Shown here: in pieces, positions 1 through 12,904 of the stretch
Layout of the letters: every line of letters starts with the position of its first letter
Numbering within the stretch: the first letter of the stretch is position 1
Origin: Phoronis australis
Lineage: Eukaryota > Animalia > Phoronida
Assembly (NCBI GenBank): GCA_002633005.1
Contig: NMRA01000626.1
Location: forward strand, 157,358-221,357
Direction of reading: 5' to 3'
DNA length: 64,000 nucleotides
Notes under the pieces: model-generated
Databases searched by the model: none
Seen by the model: only the letters and a program-made list of their open reading frames with translations
What the model was told of the DNA's origin: nothing
Made by a program: the position numbers and the translations under genes

Positions 1-648
1 TTTAGTCTAAAATCGTATTGATACTAGAAAGTGTCAGGAAGTAGGACTTTGTTTGGTTATTGTTTGGTAATTTTAATCTATATTTTTTGTTAGAAATATC
101 TCAAAACGCCTAGGTGCTGCAAAGGTCATGCCACCTAGCTGTGTTCGGAGTTCCTTTTTGGAAATGTGGCCGTATTTGTTGTGTTTTTGCTTTAGTTTTG
201 AAAGTAGTACACAACGCAGTTACTGTAAGAATGCAAAATGACAAAAAGTATGGCAGGTTGCATCAGACATGCGCAGGCCGCTCATCCAGACCTGTTGCAC
301 GAAACACCTTAAACCTTTTTGCCTATGAGCATGTACATGTAACATGTATACACAATTTGAGACCAAGGTGAGGAGGTTGAGAGCTGACTCATGTAATGGG
401 GTGCATTTGGATATGAACCCACGACCTTGAGAACACAAGGCCACTAGGCCTCACTACCTTTAATGCAAAATGAGGTGGCAACCTGAAAACGGTCCTTATT
501 TCCCGTAAGTCACAACAGGTGAACCTTGTGTTACGACCTTAACGCGACTCGAACACCTTTCACTGGGTTCATCAACCTATGTTTTGGTCTTAAATGCTGT
601 GACGTCAATATTTTGTGTTTCTCAAACTAACTTGTTCATCATTCACAG

Positions 649-759
649 AACAAAGGTAAAAAGAAGGGGAGGCCGCGGAAGTCCCAAGTTTACTCGGTTG
701 ACTGTGAGGAGAGAAAGAAGACAGCTGCTGTAGAATGTCTGTTGTCGGTGACTGACGAG
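649..759 (+). CDS. KIAA0232: KIAA0232-like exon (NKGKKKGRPRK...AAVECLLSVTDE)
   Basis: ttcacag acceptor, gtaaca donor, 111 nt, phase 0/0. Confidence 0.85.
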
Positions 760-3700
760 GTAACAGTTGACTATTAGAATAATTAATACCTTCAATTTTT
801 ACTTTATTCTTTTCACCATTTCAAATTGGTTCCTTGTTCTTTTGCTGCAAAATTTAAACTGGACACTTTCATATTCTTAATTTATGAACTCCTGTCCAAC
901 AAAAACTTGAATATCTAGGTACATACATTGGTACGTTCTGTTTTTGTTCTGTGCTTTCATTGTCAAAACAGTTCTTATGCATTGATTACTATTTTGCAAT
1001 CACGGTGGTTACTATGCTCCTCTTTTGTTCAAGACGTTCTGGAGATAAGAGTTGGTACATGAGTGTGTTGTTATTTGTTCTCGTAGCATAAGTTTTAGCG
1101 TGTTCCTGATGTTGATTTACTCATTTTTCCAGGACTCTGGTATTGAAGACTTGGTTGAAGAACTGTGTGTGAAACTGAGGAACTTGAACAGCGACAAAGG
1201 TTTGTGTAGCATTGAACTTTTGTTCTTGACCCCACCTAACAGCGAAATCAGTTAGCTTTATGTTGACCCTTTACCCTGTTTGATGACCAGGTTGGTGAGG
1301 AAAAACTAGTCACCAGGAGTTTACACGGTGTGCCAGCAAAAGCTTTAAAACGGAAGTGGAAAGTTGCATGCACAACTACTTGGTACACTTAGTTTGTCCA
1401 ACGGGTAATGCTGGGATGTCTAGAGGACACCTGCTAGGACTCTAGTCTCACCTTGTCTTCCTCTGGACGGACAGCCACTGCCTCGGTGGTGGAAAAAATA
1501 GACGTGTGAGCATTTAGTTTTGTTACCATTTTTGATGCTTAAAATTGCTTGACCGCAATCAGTTTTTGTAGGTAAAATGTGAAAAGCATTTTGGGTACTA
1601 AGAGAAAATACCATAAAATTAAACGTTAAGAATCAAATTAAAACACTGCAAAATCAAGTTGAGTAAGCGATGTTTGTTAAGGATGGAACACAAAAATAAC
1701 TGGAATTTAAAGTGTTTGTGGTAGTTTATAAATTACTGACTTATTGTGCACATATTTTATTGACATTTTCAGAAAATTCGGAAAAGACTGGCTCAACAAC
1801 TAAGCGCACAATTTCAAAATCTGTTTCACCTGGTGACCCTACTCAGAAGTAAGTGACTCATGCTCGACTGTTCAGTGATGTTATCATCTGGTCTGTTGGA
1901 GCAATAAAATGTGCTCTGAAATATCTCGAACAGAAGGGATTTAGTTTTATTGTCAGACTACAGTTTCTGAACGTATTACCGGCCTCTGAACTGAAGGGAA
2001 AATACTTATGACGTGGGACAGTGAGCTTGATAATGTTGATAGACGACAATGCCTATGTTGGGTTGGTACAAATATTTTAGCCAAGATTGCTAAATCGCTT
2101 CAGTCTGAAATGCTGTAGGCCGAATTTTTCTCATAAATTTGTGCCTGTGGTTTTGTTATAACTTTTTGAATACGCTTTTCATGAGTTTGGAGGGTGTTGA
2201 AAATGTCAAAATGAAACCACAGTCATTGTTCACAGTTTCATTGTCATTGTTTACTCTTGTTGACATACAATGCGTACATGATCATGCCCTCCCAGACTTT
2301 ACATAGTCATTTCACGGTCATCATTTGCATTCATTTGTCATCATTTGTATGATCTAATACAACCTAACATTATCAGACAATGTTACCCAGAATTCCCCAT
2401 CATATGGCTGAGTGCAAGCAGAATTCACCATCAGAGTAAGTGGAATAACTCATCATGACGGAGAAACGTCATTTTGTCCGATTGGTGTGATCACTGTTCT
2501 CCTGTTTCCATTGTAGGTACTATGCTGCCTTCCCGTCACTGACTTCAAACAACGCCGTTGTGGAACCAGCTCGTCCAATCGCCTGCCAGTCACCGAGTGT
2601 TTGGGACTCCAGAAAGCTGACAGCACCTGAGCCAACCTCAGAACCTCCTGAGCAACCACAGCCAGATGTCAAGAACATGAACCCCTGCCTGCCAGCCACA
2701 ACTAGGCAACAGCCACAAGCTCATCACTACCATGGTCGCAGAAGCAAAGAAAAAACCCTTCAGAAAACGGGTTTTAGTCGCCAAAAAGATCCTGCGAAAC
2801 CAGAATCGGTGAAGAAGGCTCACACCGAGAAAGCTGTGCAAAAGCAGCTGAAGCCCAGAAGTGTCAAGAATGGCTCTGGTTCGCCTTGCCGTGTTGCCAA
2901 GGAGAAAAGGTCTGGAAACGGTATGTGGGAGGCGAAACAACACAGAGTTGGGCGGCCCAAGTTCATCGTTCCCATGGCTAAAGTCACCAACAATTCGCCG
3001 CCGTGTCTCGATTCTGATGTCTATGAACAACAGTTGGTGGCATTGCGTGACAGCATTGAACGTCAGCTGACAGAGCAGACACTATCCAAGATCAACGAGC
3101 CGTCAGCCTTCTCGCACTTTTCCAAGCCATTCCCCAAAACACGACACTCGTCTCGGGCGAGTGTTGATGACAACGAGGTGGAGTCCTGGTACACTCAGCC
3201 AATGGAGACACTCTACTGTAACTCTCCTGTCCCCAGTCAGCCACTTTACCTCCGCAGACCAGTCTCGGGCTCAGATGTCGTGGGCGCATCAGGATTTGCT
3301 GATGGTTCGGAGGTTGGTTCTTTTTCTCTTGAACTCTCAGAAATCCCTGAACGTGTTTCTGGCCAAGAAAGTGAGGATTCCACAGTATTAGTTAGTGGTA
3401 TTCTCGAGCGTTATTTCAATAGCGACGATGATGACATTGAAGATGTCGCCGAAAATCAAAATGTGTCATTCTCACTCGATTATCCCGTTAACCACTTGGG
3501 GGCACCATTGCTGTATAACAATGATGAAAGAGACGACACCAGCAACGCAGTTTTCCCAGAAAAAATTCTTTCTGTAGACCCGGTGAAACTGCTAGACATC
3601 CTGAAAGACCTGAAGAATGAATTGGCTCCAGACCAGGCAGCTGACTTGAACAACAGAGAATCAATGCAAGGCATCTGCAACTTTCCCGTAACCGCTGAAC

Positions 3701-6700
3701 CAAGCACTGATACGAAGAGTTCGCGATTCATGTCTATGTTTGACAGTGTTGGTAACCACGCCTCTGTGGACCATACAGAATTGTCCTCTTCTGCTCCACA
3801 GAGAGACTTGTTGCCCATAGCTTTAAACTTGATAAGTGCGAAGGAAAACAGTACGTTGCCTCACTGGAAAAGCAGTTGTGGAGCAACAAGTTTGTGGCCA
3901 GTTGTGTTTCCAACTGTTTTATACGAGCCGCTTGTGTCTAGTCTACCATCACCCTTCTTGAGTCCCTACTCATTTGAGACATGCAGTCTGTTCCCACCAT
4001 TCACCATGGACTGGCAAAGTCTATTGAGTGAAGAGTCAGTGCGCCATCTCTGGGATGTTAATCTTACTACAGCATGGCCTGAGCAAAGTCCTGTCAACTT
4101 GCCTGGAATTTTCGGAACGAGTCCACCTGCGCCGCAGGGTTTGTTGCAGATCTGTGATTCGTTAGATTATGGCAGTATCCATCTGTTGCCACAGGACCAG
4201 TCTCCTGAACTTCCTGTCAGCCGGGGATTGTGGGACAACATGCACTGGGGATTGGCAGAAAACCTGTTTGAAAATCCGTGTGGTATCAAGACTAGTGTAA
4301 GTACAGACTCCTTCTTTCTGCAGTCCAACTCGCAACAGAACAAAACTTGCAAGGTGAAGTTGCTATATCGCCAACGGAGCTGGTCTTTCGATGACGGCAT
4401 CTCAGCCAGCACAAGTGTTCTGTCCAGTGTCTACTCCTCCCCACATACTAGAGCTTGCATTGACGGTATACCGCAAGAGTGCCTGTACGAGACTCTGCTG
4501 TTTTCCCCTGAGACACACTTCAGACCCATCCAGACCCCTGCGTCGTGCTCTCCAGAGGAAGGGCGTGCCGTGAAACTTGCCAGCTCGCATGTGCCGGATG
4601 GCTATCAGAAATTCAATGTAGACTCTGATGACACTGAATTCATACCAAAGTTTCGTTTGCAGAAAGGCTTGGAGAAATATGCCCAGACGGATGACAGTTC
4701 TCCTGACGTCAACATTTCTCCTTGTTTAAACCAAGACATGATCAACGTGAATATAAGGGAATGTGACCAGGAAGAAGATCCGCTACAGTTTGTAATAGAT
4801 TTTGATGATGATGTTTTAGACCCTGGTGAGTCTAGTTTGGGAACCCTTGCTGAGTCTCTTGCGCATAATGCCATCAACAGTCTGATAGAGAATGAGAGTC
4901 TGGATGTAGAGTCTGGGTCATGTGACACCGATCGTGCGCCCAGTCTGAGCCAATCTAAGTTTGCACGACTGTGGAAGGACCCTGCGCCATATGTGATGAA
5001 GCCGTCAATATCCGAGCACTCCATTGGGGCCGACGCAGTTTCCAAAGAATCAACAGTGGATGATAACGCCAATTCCGTGTTCTTGGAATCTAGAGATACA
5101 ATCGTATCGGATTCAGTCCAGCTTGGTTCTAGCTGTACTCAACACTGTTCATTGAGCTTGTCTCACGATGCAGTCTCTAGTGATGACGGCAGCACTAGGA
5201 AATACTCTTTCAAGTTGGAAAATCCTGTTATCTCAGCGTTGTGGAAAAATGAAGAGATGACAGCTCCAACGATGAGGCTGTCGTCACCAATTGGGAGTGT
5301 GCGTCGTGAGAATAGCATCTGGAGCGTTGGGTCGGACAGTGACGCTGAATCAGCGGCACCACCCTTGCTACTGTACGAAGCTGCCGAAGTAGAAAGACCG
5401 TTGTATGACATGAATGATGATATTGTGGATACAGATAAAGACCCGTTAATGGATGGTCAGGTTTGTGTGCAAACTAGATTTGTATGAGCTTATGTACAGC
5501 AGTTTGCTGAAATTTGTATTTTTATCATGAATGTTCGTTTCTTCATACTCATGATAAGCAAGCAGTCAATTAAGCTTGAATTGATTATCACAAACTACTG
5601 TATCCTGCACAGCTAATGTTGAATGTTTCGAGCTAACCACAAAATCTTGGATATTACGAACTGCACACTCAAATAGGAATTGCTTGTCATCAGATATTAG
5701 TCTGAATAAGAAGGGTTATTTGAACACAAGCGGGTATGTTTGCTCAAGATTGAGACTTCCGCCTCTCATGGACAACTGGCTTCATCAGATGAAACTTCTA
5801 ATAAATATAGTCAAATGGTGCATCTAGAGAAAGATTGGATTAACTTGTGCTGTTTTTATTGTCATCTCAGTGTCACTCTCGAATGTTATTGAATTTCAGG
5901 AAGCTCGAGATATGACAGCATTTTATGCCTCTGAATTGGAGAAAAGGTGGCTACAGTCCGAGGACTCTGATCCCGGCCAAGTTGTTACACGGGATACCAG
6001 AGAATCCAGCCTTGGTAAAGCTAGCATTTCAAGTAATGTTTTTGATATAATAAGCAGGTTTGTGGGGCAGGCCTTAAAAATGACCACACCACAACTCAGT
6101 CCTTTTGGATTTAGTGTTGGAGTCCCGTCAGACAATGCTTGCATCTTGCTCCCACTGAATCGTCTTTCCATTGTAACTCGTGTATAAGACCGGGTGGACT
6201 TAAGTCTTCAGTCAGAAATTAGGTCTTGCGTCCCACTCAACTACTTTACGAAACTATTCTTAAATCTCACTTGAGCAAAGTTGCAGTCTCTTATAATTTA
6301 CACGTAACTGTTAGTTAAAGTATTTCTAGACACTGATGTGCTCATAATTACCTTTTTTTCAGCAATTGTGAAGTGGGAACATAATATCAAATTTCTGTCT
6401 GATGGCTTGAGTCACATTCATTCCTTCCCCATTACATAACTGAGACTAATCAGTACTGCAGTTTACTCTGTTATAAGTTTGACTCCCTTATAAAAATATG
6501 ACGTGCTCCAAGTTTGAGGGCAGTTTGGCCTTCTCACACTTTTTGTTTCTCGTGGTTTGCAAACTTGATGTGTTTTGCTAAATGGTCAAAATTCATAAGT
6601 GTCTCTTAGCATGTTATGCTGTTTTGCCAGTATTATAAAGTGTAATTTAATTCCATTTCGTGACATGTTTGTATATGCGGATCTTTTGACATTATGACAA

Positions 6701-9292
6701 GATAATTCCTAGTTTAGATAATTAAACACTGGACTAAGCTCATATAACAAGAAAATTGTTTCTTCTGCAAGTACTGGTGGCCGTGGAGTAAAATGAACAA
6801 ATATTTAGAAATCTAGTAGAAACAGTAAGTTTTTGTGACATACTAAGCCTCAATCTTTAATCTGCAGTTGGGTATAGGGATGCTATTTGGAGTGTTTTCA
6901 AGTGTCACAAATAATTTATGCTGTTGGGGCGAGTGCAGTATATCCTGGTTTTAACACAGTTTTATTTGTAGAACCAAAGAAGAAAGTGTGCGCATACTTC
7001 ATGGAAGGTCACTGTAAGAGGTCAGACTGTAAATTTGCCCACGATCTGCAGCATGTCACCTGTAGGTACTGGGAGCGGGGAAACTGCTTTAAGGGCATCA
7101 CCTGTCCTTATCTCCATGGTTACCACAGGTGAGGCCAGGTGTAGCTTGCTTGTTTTGCCAAGTTATAGTATTAAATAGCAGAGTTTTGTACACGCGCCCC
7201 TCTTCGGATACACCCGGTGAGCATAACTATATATTTAGGAAAAAGGCGACAGATTCACCAATGACGTACAGTTGTTGAAAATGTCCACGGTTTAATCCTA
7301 AAACTTTCCCATTTCACGGGAAATGGATACCAAAACTGTAATAAAGTTTTACCTGTGGTAACAATTGTACATAGACAATGTTGTGTATTTTGCGACTGTT
7401 TTTGGCGTCATGCTCTCCATCTGTCAAATTGCTTGAATGATTATATGTAATCTTATGGATTTGTGGCTATTGAAATGATCACGGGTAAAAGGTTTTCGGA
7501 TAGGTCCAGTTTCTTTAGTGCCCCGTAATTTTTTGTCTGTGCCTCTTCCTACAAAATTCCTTGGTGGGTCTTCATGAAATTCATTATGTGTGACACAAGG
7601 AGACTGCCTGATGTTGATTTTGTAATGAGGCCCCCTAGTGGTAATTTAGGTTTTCTTTGTGTGTGGCTGTATATCTTACTAAATTCCTTGATGGATTTTC
7701 ACAAAATTTAGCAATTACATTCTATCAATGAAATGACAGCACTTGGTTCGTTTCAGACAGATTTGACCCATGCTTTGCCCCCTATTGACCTTTTTATACA
7801 TTACAGGATACTAATCAATTCGCGTACAAAGTTGTCATTTGCAGTGCAGTCTTGGGCACATTTCAACAAGCTGCGTTGCTCTTGTTGAAATTGTTTGGTT
7901 ACACCTTCAGTATGTCCTGAAACAAACTGCGTCAGTAATGGGTGCTGCCCAAATTAGGTAGCACGTGGGTCAATTATGTTAAAGCTCCCACACACATGGC
8001 TAAGATTTAGTGCCATTACTGAGCCGTAAATGTCTGTCTTGAGGCAGTATAAATTAAGTCAATTAAAATTTGTTCTGACTCAGACGTCTGTTCATGAGTT
8101 TTTGCAAAATGCAGTTAGCATGCTTTTAATGTGTATCTTTTTGCTTGGATGGTAAACAAAGGTTGAGCAGAGTGGGAAGGAATGTTCCCTAACTAAACTA
8201 GTGACATTCTGAGCAAGAAAGGTTAGCAACAGAGCAGAATTGAATGCACTAACTTCTCAGTGGCAGCTGAACAATCTACTGCTTAGCCAAGTCCTATGAG
8301 TTAAATACTAGAGCATTTTCTGCTACAATTTTAAGAGTTTTGATTTCCACGAGTGTCAAATCAACTGTTTCAACGATGTTTTGATAAATTTGCTTACAAT
8401 GTGTATTGCTTTGCACTTCAGTGTTAGCTCAGAAGTGGACAAAAGCACTTCTAACGAGACTAGCCCAGAAATGGCTACGTGGCAAAAAACTAAGGTAAGA
8501 ATGCGTGTCATTTGCTGTGCGTACCTCACTTTGGTTGTTTTTCTTTCTCCATAAATATTGACTGCTGTTGGCTGTTCACCAATTTGCCTAGTGCCTGTCT
8601 GTTAAGTGTTAACTGGTTTCTATAAAGCTTATTCCATTTAGTAATGAAATTTGTATGTTAGTCCAGACTGTGATTGAAATTTAAACTTTCTGTAAATGTC
8701 GGAAATCGTACAAGTTTTTACTTGCAAAATACGTATTTTAACATGAAAGTTACTAACAGACTATGTCCTTAATGGGTTGGCTGTCATGCATTGTCTGATG
8801 GTAGCTTAGCTATGATATAGAATTTAAACACGAAGGAAGTGTTTATTTGTTGTTGCTTATTTCTTATTTTTAATGAAAAACTAAAGTTGCACCTGTCCAC
8901 CAAATTGTGTCCTAAGTTAGCGAGATTTCAAAGTATTTGTTTCTTAACGTACTCCGAGACCAAAAAGTTTATTGAAATGGGCTCCAGATCATTTAGATTA
9001 GGTCATTATTACGTGTCGAATTTTACATGCTGAAAAGGACAGCTCTGGTTTGCAAACTAGCTAAATTTGCTTGTGTCAGCATGGTCTTCTCAATTTTTCT
9101 AAGTTGTTTAATATCATAACCTTCTAATTTCAGTTGCCCACGCTCAGCGCAGTGCGTAACAAGCTACGGAAATCGCGTCACTCATCCCCACGGCGTACGA
9201 TGCCACCATCCTGCCTCACTCTTAAACCAGTTGGCAGGGGTGACGCGCAGCACCATTCTAACGTGGGAGACATCATGGCGGCCAAGAAATGA
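649..9292 (+). CDS. KIAA0232: KIAA0232/DUF4603-family protein with AT-hook-like motif and two C-terminal CCCH zinc fingers (multi-exon, 5' end upstream of window)
   Basis: Exons 649-759, 1133-1199, 1773-1848, 2517-5460, 5900-6014, 6972-7128, 8422-8494, 9134-9292 all have AG/GT ends and join in frame. Spliced peptide EERKKTAAVECLLSVTDE-DSGIEDLVEELCVKLRNL ... YYAAFPSL matches my recollection of human KIAA0232 (EEMKKQAAVQCLRSASDESSGIETLVEELCSRLKDL ... YYEAFPPL). Confidence 0.85.
1133..1199 (+). CDS. KIAA0232: KIAA0232-like exon (DSGIEDLVEELCVKLRNLNSDK)
   Basis: ttttccag acceptor, gtttgt donor, conserved motif. Confidence 0.85.
1773..1848 (+). CDS. KIAA0232: KIAA0232-like exon
   Basis: ttttcag acceptor, gtaagt donor, phase 1/2 fits neighbouring exons. 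Confidence 0.8.
2517..5460 (+). CDS. KIAA0232: KIAA0232-like giant exon (2944 nt, mostly Ser/acidic low-complexity)
   Basis: Contains most of the 975-aa ORF; ttgtag acceptor gives YYAAFPSL; includes FSPETHFRPI; donor CAG|gtttgt. Confidence 0.9.
5900..6014 (+). CDS. KIAA0232: KIAA0232-like exon (EARDMTAFYASELEKRW...)
   Basis: tttcag acceptor, gtaaag donor, phase 0/1 fits. Confidence 0.7.
6972..7128 (+). CDS. KIAA0232: Tandem CCCH zinc-finger exon (C-x7-C-x4-C-x3-H and C-x7-C-x5-C-x3-H)
   Basis: CAYFMEGHCKRSDCKFAH and CRYWERGNCFKGITCPYLH; ttgtag acceptor, gtgagg donor. Confidence 0.88.
7510..7886 (-). mobile_element. Degenerate copy of the same HINE-like family
   Basis: Ends gggcacatttcaacaagctgcgttgctcttgt; internal ggccccctagtgg motif. 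Confidence 0.55.
8422..8494 (+). CDS. KIAA0232: KIAA0232-like penultimate exon
   Basis: cttcag acceptor, gtaaga donor, phase 2/0 fits. Confidence 0.7.
9134..9292 (+). CDS. KIAA0232: KIAA0232-like terminal coding exon (ends ...MAAKK*), followed by a long UG-rich putative 3'UTR
   Basis: tttcag acceptor, 53 codons to TGA. Confidence 0.7.
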   Translation: MPTLSAVRNKLRKSRHSSPRRTMPPSCLTLKPVGRGDAQHHSNVGDIMAAKK

Positions 9293-11028
9293 GAATGGAT
9301 CTTGATGAGGCTTGGTTTGAATTTATTGAATTATACCCAGCAGAGTGATGAAGGATGCAGAGACGAACTGCTTATATTCAGTGTGGCATCGGTCTGTTGC
9401 ACCGTTATGTACCATGCTGTCTAGCAGTAACTCAGGTACTGGGACTAGGTCGTTTCTTGAGCCTCTGGCTGAATTGGTATGTCTCGTGAATGTGGTGTCA
9501 CGGTTCATGTCACATGGATGCCACCAGTCGTGGCCATGACACACACACCGAGCATGGAATGATGGCGACACGTTTACTGTGATGCCAGCTTGTGGTTGGC
9601 GATCGCATGCTGGGACAACCATTGTGCTAGAAGTTGTTTATGAGTGCATTCTGTACACATGTAGTTTAGAATGCTAAGTTGGTGTATTCTGCTGGTCTAA
9701 GAAAAGCCAGAACAAAGGAATGGAAGCATTCTGCCTGTGTTACCTGCATTCTACAGGTCTTGGTATTGGTGATTCTCACCCCAGCATTTCACTGACTTAT
9801 GTCAATTGTTTTGCGTGGATTCGTTGTAATCCTACGGGCCCTAGCCACACAGCACGTTCTGGTCACATGATCTGATACAATCTGTGGAACTTGACTACTA
9901 ATGGGAACGTTTACAGTGAGTGCCAGTGGTCTTTCCCACTCCTGGCTCTGCTTGGGGATGGTGGATGGCCGGTCAGTTCTGGTCAGTTAATGAGAGATCT
10001 TGGCAGAGCGTGCACACGTAGTTGGGAACGTTGTAATAGGATGTGGGAGATCGTGCGGGTGTGTTTGGGGCTTAAACATGTTGTAGAGTTGATGTTAAGT
10101 AAGTGCCATCTCTGCTGTGTGTGTCAAGCTTCTCGTGGTCACACACTATGCTAGATTCACATGCTGGCTAATGGTGTTCTGATTTTACTGTATCGCTGGA
10201 AAGCATTGGCTGGTGGGGATTATGTATGAGCAAATGTCTGACTGTGTGTAAACATGCAATCAGTGATGCATAACAATACTCCACAGCAGGGCGTGAATCC
10301 ACGATACATTGTCTGAATGGGTACCTCGTTGCACCAGTCACTTCAAGATCATTATGATTTCAGTTGGTTTTGTGATTCTTGTTGCGAGTTCTGAGTGAGC
10401 TTCAATCTAAAGACCTTAAGTTTGTTATTTAAGAACCCTGAAGGGGGCAGCATGAGGTATGTAACTTCAATACACAGTGCTTGACGCACACGGCAGGGAC
10501 TGTGCTCTCACGTTGTTAATGTTCTTATTTATTATTCAGACGTATAATTTTTGTTATAACTTCAATCTATTAACACAGAAAGTTTTTGTTGAGTTGGTGT
10601 GTCATTTATGTGCGACTCGACAGATTAGAAATTAGTGAAGCCAAGTTTGCTGGACGTTTGATGCAATGTTACCCAGTTTTAAGTTTGTTTTTAATCAACA
10701 AACAGGTCAAACTATGAGATCTGGTTTCACAGTGACTACTTGGCAAGTTAACCTGCAACACCAGACTGCAGTGCTTCATATAAAGCAGCTCAAGTGGACT
10801 GAACCGAAGGAATACACGTTAAAGTGGATATGATATGAACTTTGCATCTTATGACGTTATGACCTAATGGAGCTTTTGCCAAATATTGAGTACTGCCGTT
10901 ATTTTAGACTACAGATTTTGCATGATAGCGGTTCAGAAGATTTGATGACATTGCCGGTCAGGCTTGTGTTGCAAGATATCTTGCCAAAATATCCAGTGCA
11001 TTCATTGTATATGACACTTTGATGTTAT

Positions 11029-11550
11029 TGTGTGTGTACGTGTGTGTGGGTGTGTTTGTGTGTGGGTGTGTGCATGTGTGTGTATGGTCTGGTGTTTTTA
11101 TGTTACCACTGAGTTAAAGGACTAGAAACTCATCAAAGTGGGCTTTGAACATTATGGTAAATGTACGTTAAAGGCTTCGATCACAAGATACAAAACTAGT
11201 CTTTGTCTGTGAAGTGTCATAATGTATTCAGTACATTGTGTGAATGATAAGAAAGTGTCATTGATGGTTTGCCTTGCTTAACCTGATCAAGTTAAACATA
11301 CAGGTCTTTAAAAAAAACATTGGAAAAATCGCTCTTGTGTAGTTTCTCATGTTAGGTATGTGGAAAAATTTTCGTAAATGTAATTAAAAGCATCAGTTGA
11401 AATTGACTCACACTGCAAAATATGCGTTCTGTTAAGCATGAATAGTAGGCGTATGGATATGCATGTGTGTTTGTGTGTATGCGTGTGTGTATGCATATGT
11501 GTATGCGTGCATTTGTGTTTGTGTGCATGTGTGTATGCGTGTGTGCATGT
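11029..11550. repeat. Two degenerate (TG)n microsatellites (~11029-11085 and ~11455-11550)
   Basis: Visible TG runs; a (CA)n counterpart lies at ~29325-29378. Confidence 0.85.
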
Positions 11551-11779
11551 TTACTGTAAAAAAGTGATTACTATTTAATAATCGTTCTTACTTTGTACTA
11601 TTTAAATCATTCTGACCTGGTCAGAGCTGCGGTATTTTGTTAAGCAGCCAAGAATGTTAGCCAACAGTATGTTCATGTTGTGAGAAGTTGAGGATATAGG
11701 CCTGTGCAAGGCATTGTGTGAAGTATTTAGAAACACTTCTTTTTAGTATTATTTGAGAAATGATTTTTGCTTTTGTTAC

Positions 11780-12904
11780 TTTTGATGCGCCCACATTATT
11801 ATTTATATGTGGGTGCATGTTGCCGTCATCTCTGTCTGGATGTCCTGGCATCCAGTGTCCGGCGTCTGCAGCTGGATCTCTTAAACCCCTCACAGGATCT
11901 TGATGAGATTTCACAGATGTGCTCTTATGAAGCTGACGATGAATTTCGGACCTATCCACTTGGGGTGTCCCCCCTAGTGTCAATTTTAGTTTTTTAATGT
12001 TTACTCCTGTATCTTCAAAGCTGCTCAACGGATGTCCATAAAATTTGGCAGATAGGCCTCTATTAGGGAGGTGACGCTATCCATTCGTTTTTCGGATTGA
12101 TTCAAGGTATTTTGCGCAATTTAGTGGCCATTTTTATTGTTCTCCAGTCCATTTTTGGCGTATGCTCCTCTGTCAATCAAACCACCCTAAGGATGATTGT
12201 GGAAATTGTCATGTATGTTCCTACTGTGAAGTGGATGGCTGTCTTTGATTTTCCGATGACCTTGACTACTGTGGCGCCTCGTAGTGGCAATTTTGTTTTA
12301 TTTAGGCCAATGGCTGTATCTCCCAAACTCTCTGCAAGATCTTTATCAAATTTAATAAGTGTATTTATATGAAGCTGACAACAGATGGTGACGACTTTCA
12401 GAAGAATCCGACAAACGCTGTGGCCCCTAGTGGCAATTTTTTTTTCTCTTTTCCTCTTTTTCTCTCCAATTCAAGCTCCTTGACGGTTTTTTGTGAAATT
12501 TCTTGAATAGCTTTCTATTGAAACGATGATATGTTCCTGTTTTCGAATGGACTTGATGTATTTTGTGCCACCTAGTGGTCATTTTTACTTTTTGTAGTTC
12601 GTTTTTTGTGTCTGCCCCTCTATCAACCAAAATAAAAATTGACATATATGTTCTAAGTGTGAAAAGGACAGGTGACGATTTTCCGACTTCAACTACCATG
12701 GTGGCTCCTAGTGGCAGTTATGTTATTTTTGCGCCCATAGCTCCCCAGGAGCAAGTTCATTTTGTCCGTTTCCTCTGTTTCTCTGAAGTTCCCTTATGGA
12801 TTTTTGTGATAGTGGCCATTTGTATGATACAAATAAACACCCCTAGAAGCACACTGTTTGCGGTGCCTTTGTGGGCGTATTTCAACGCTCTGAGTTGCTC
12901 TTGT
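11780..12904 (-). mobile_element. Helentron-associated non-autonomous (HINE/DINE-like) element
   Basis: One end ...ttcaacgctctgagttgctcttgt, other end a hairpin gcgcccacat...atgtgggtgc beside a T-run; ~150-bp internal subrepeats; inverted paralog of 57245-58434. Confidence 0.7.

Noticed and set aside
2638-5411. Several antisense and alternate-frame ORFs of 60-155 aa
   Set aside because: Shadows of the giant KIAA0232-like exon.
2560-5487. 975-aa ORF as a standalone gene
   Set aside because: Begins at GTG and is bounded by splice sites (2517, 5460) that join conserved flanking exons.
9293-10600. SECIS or iron-responsive element in the putative 3'UTR
   Set aside because: CAGTG hexamers occur without a supporting stem, and the gene model needs no in-frame UGA recoding.
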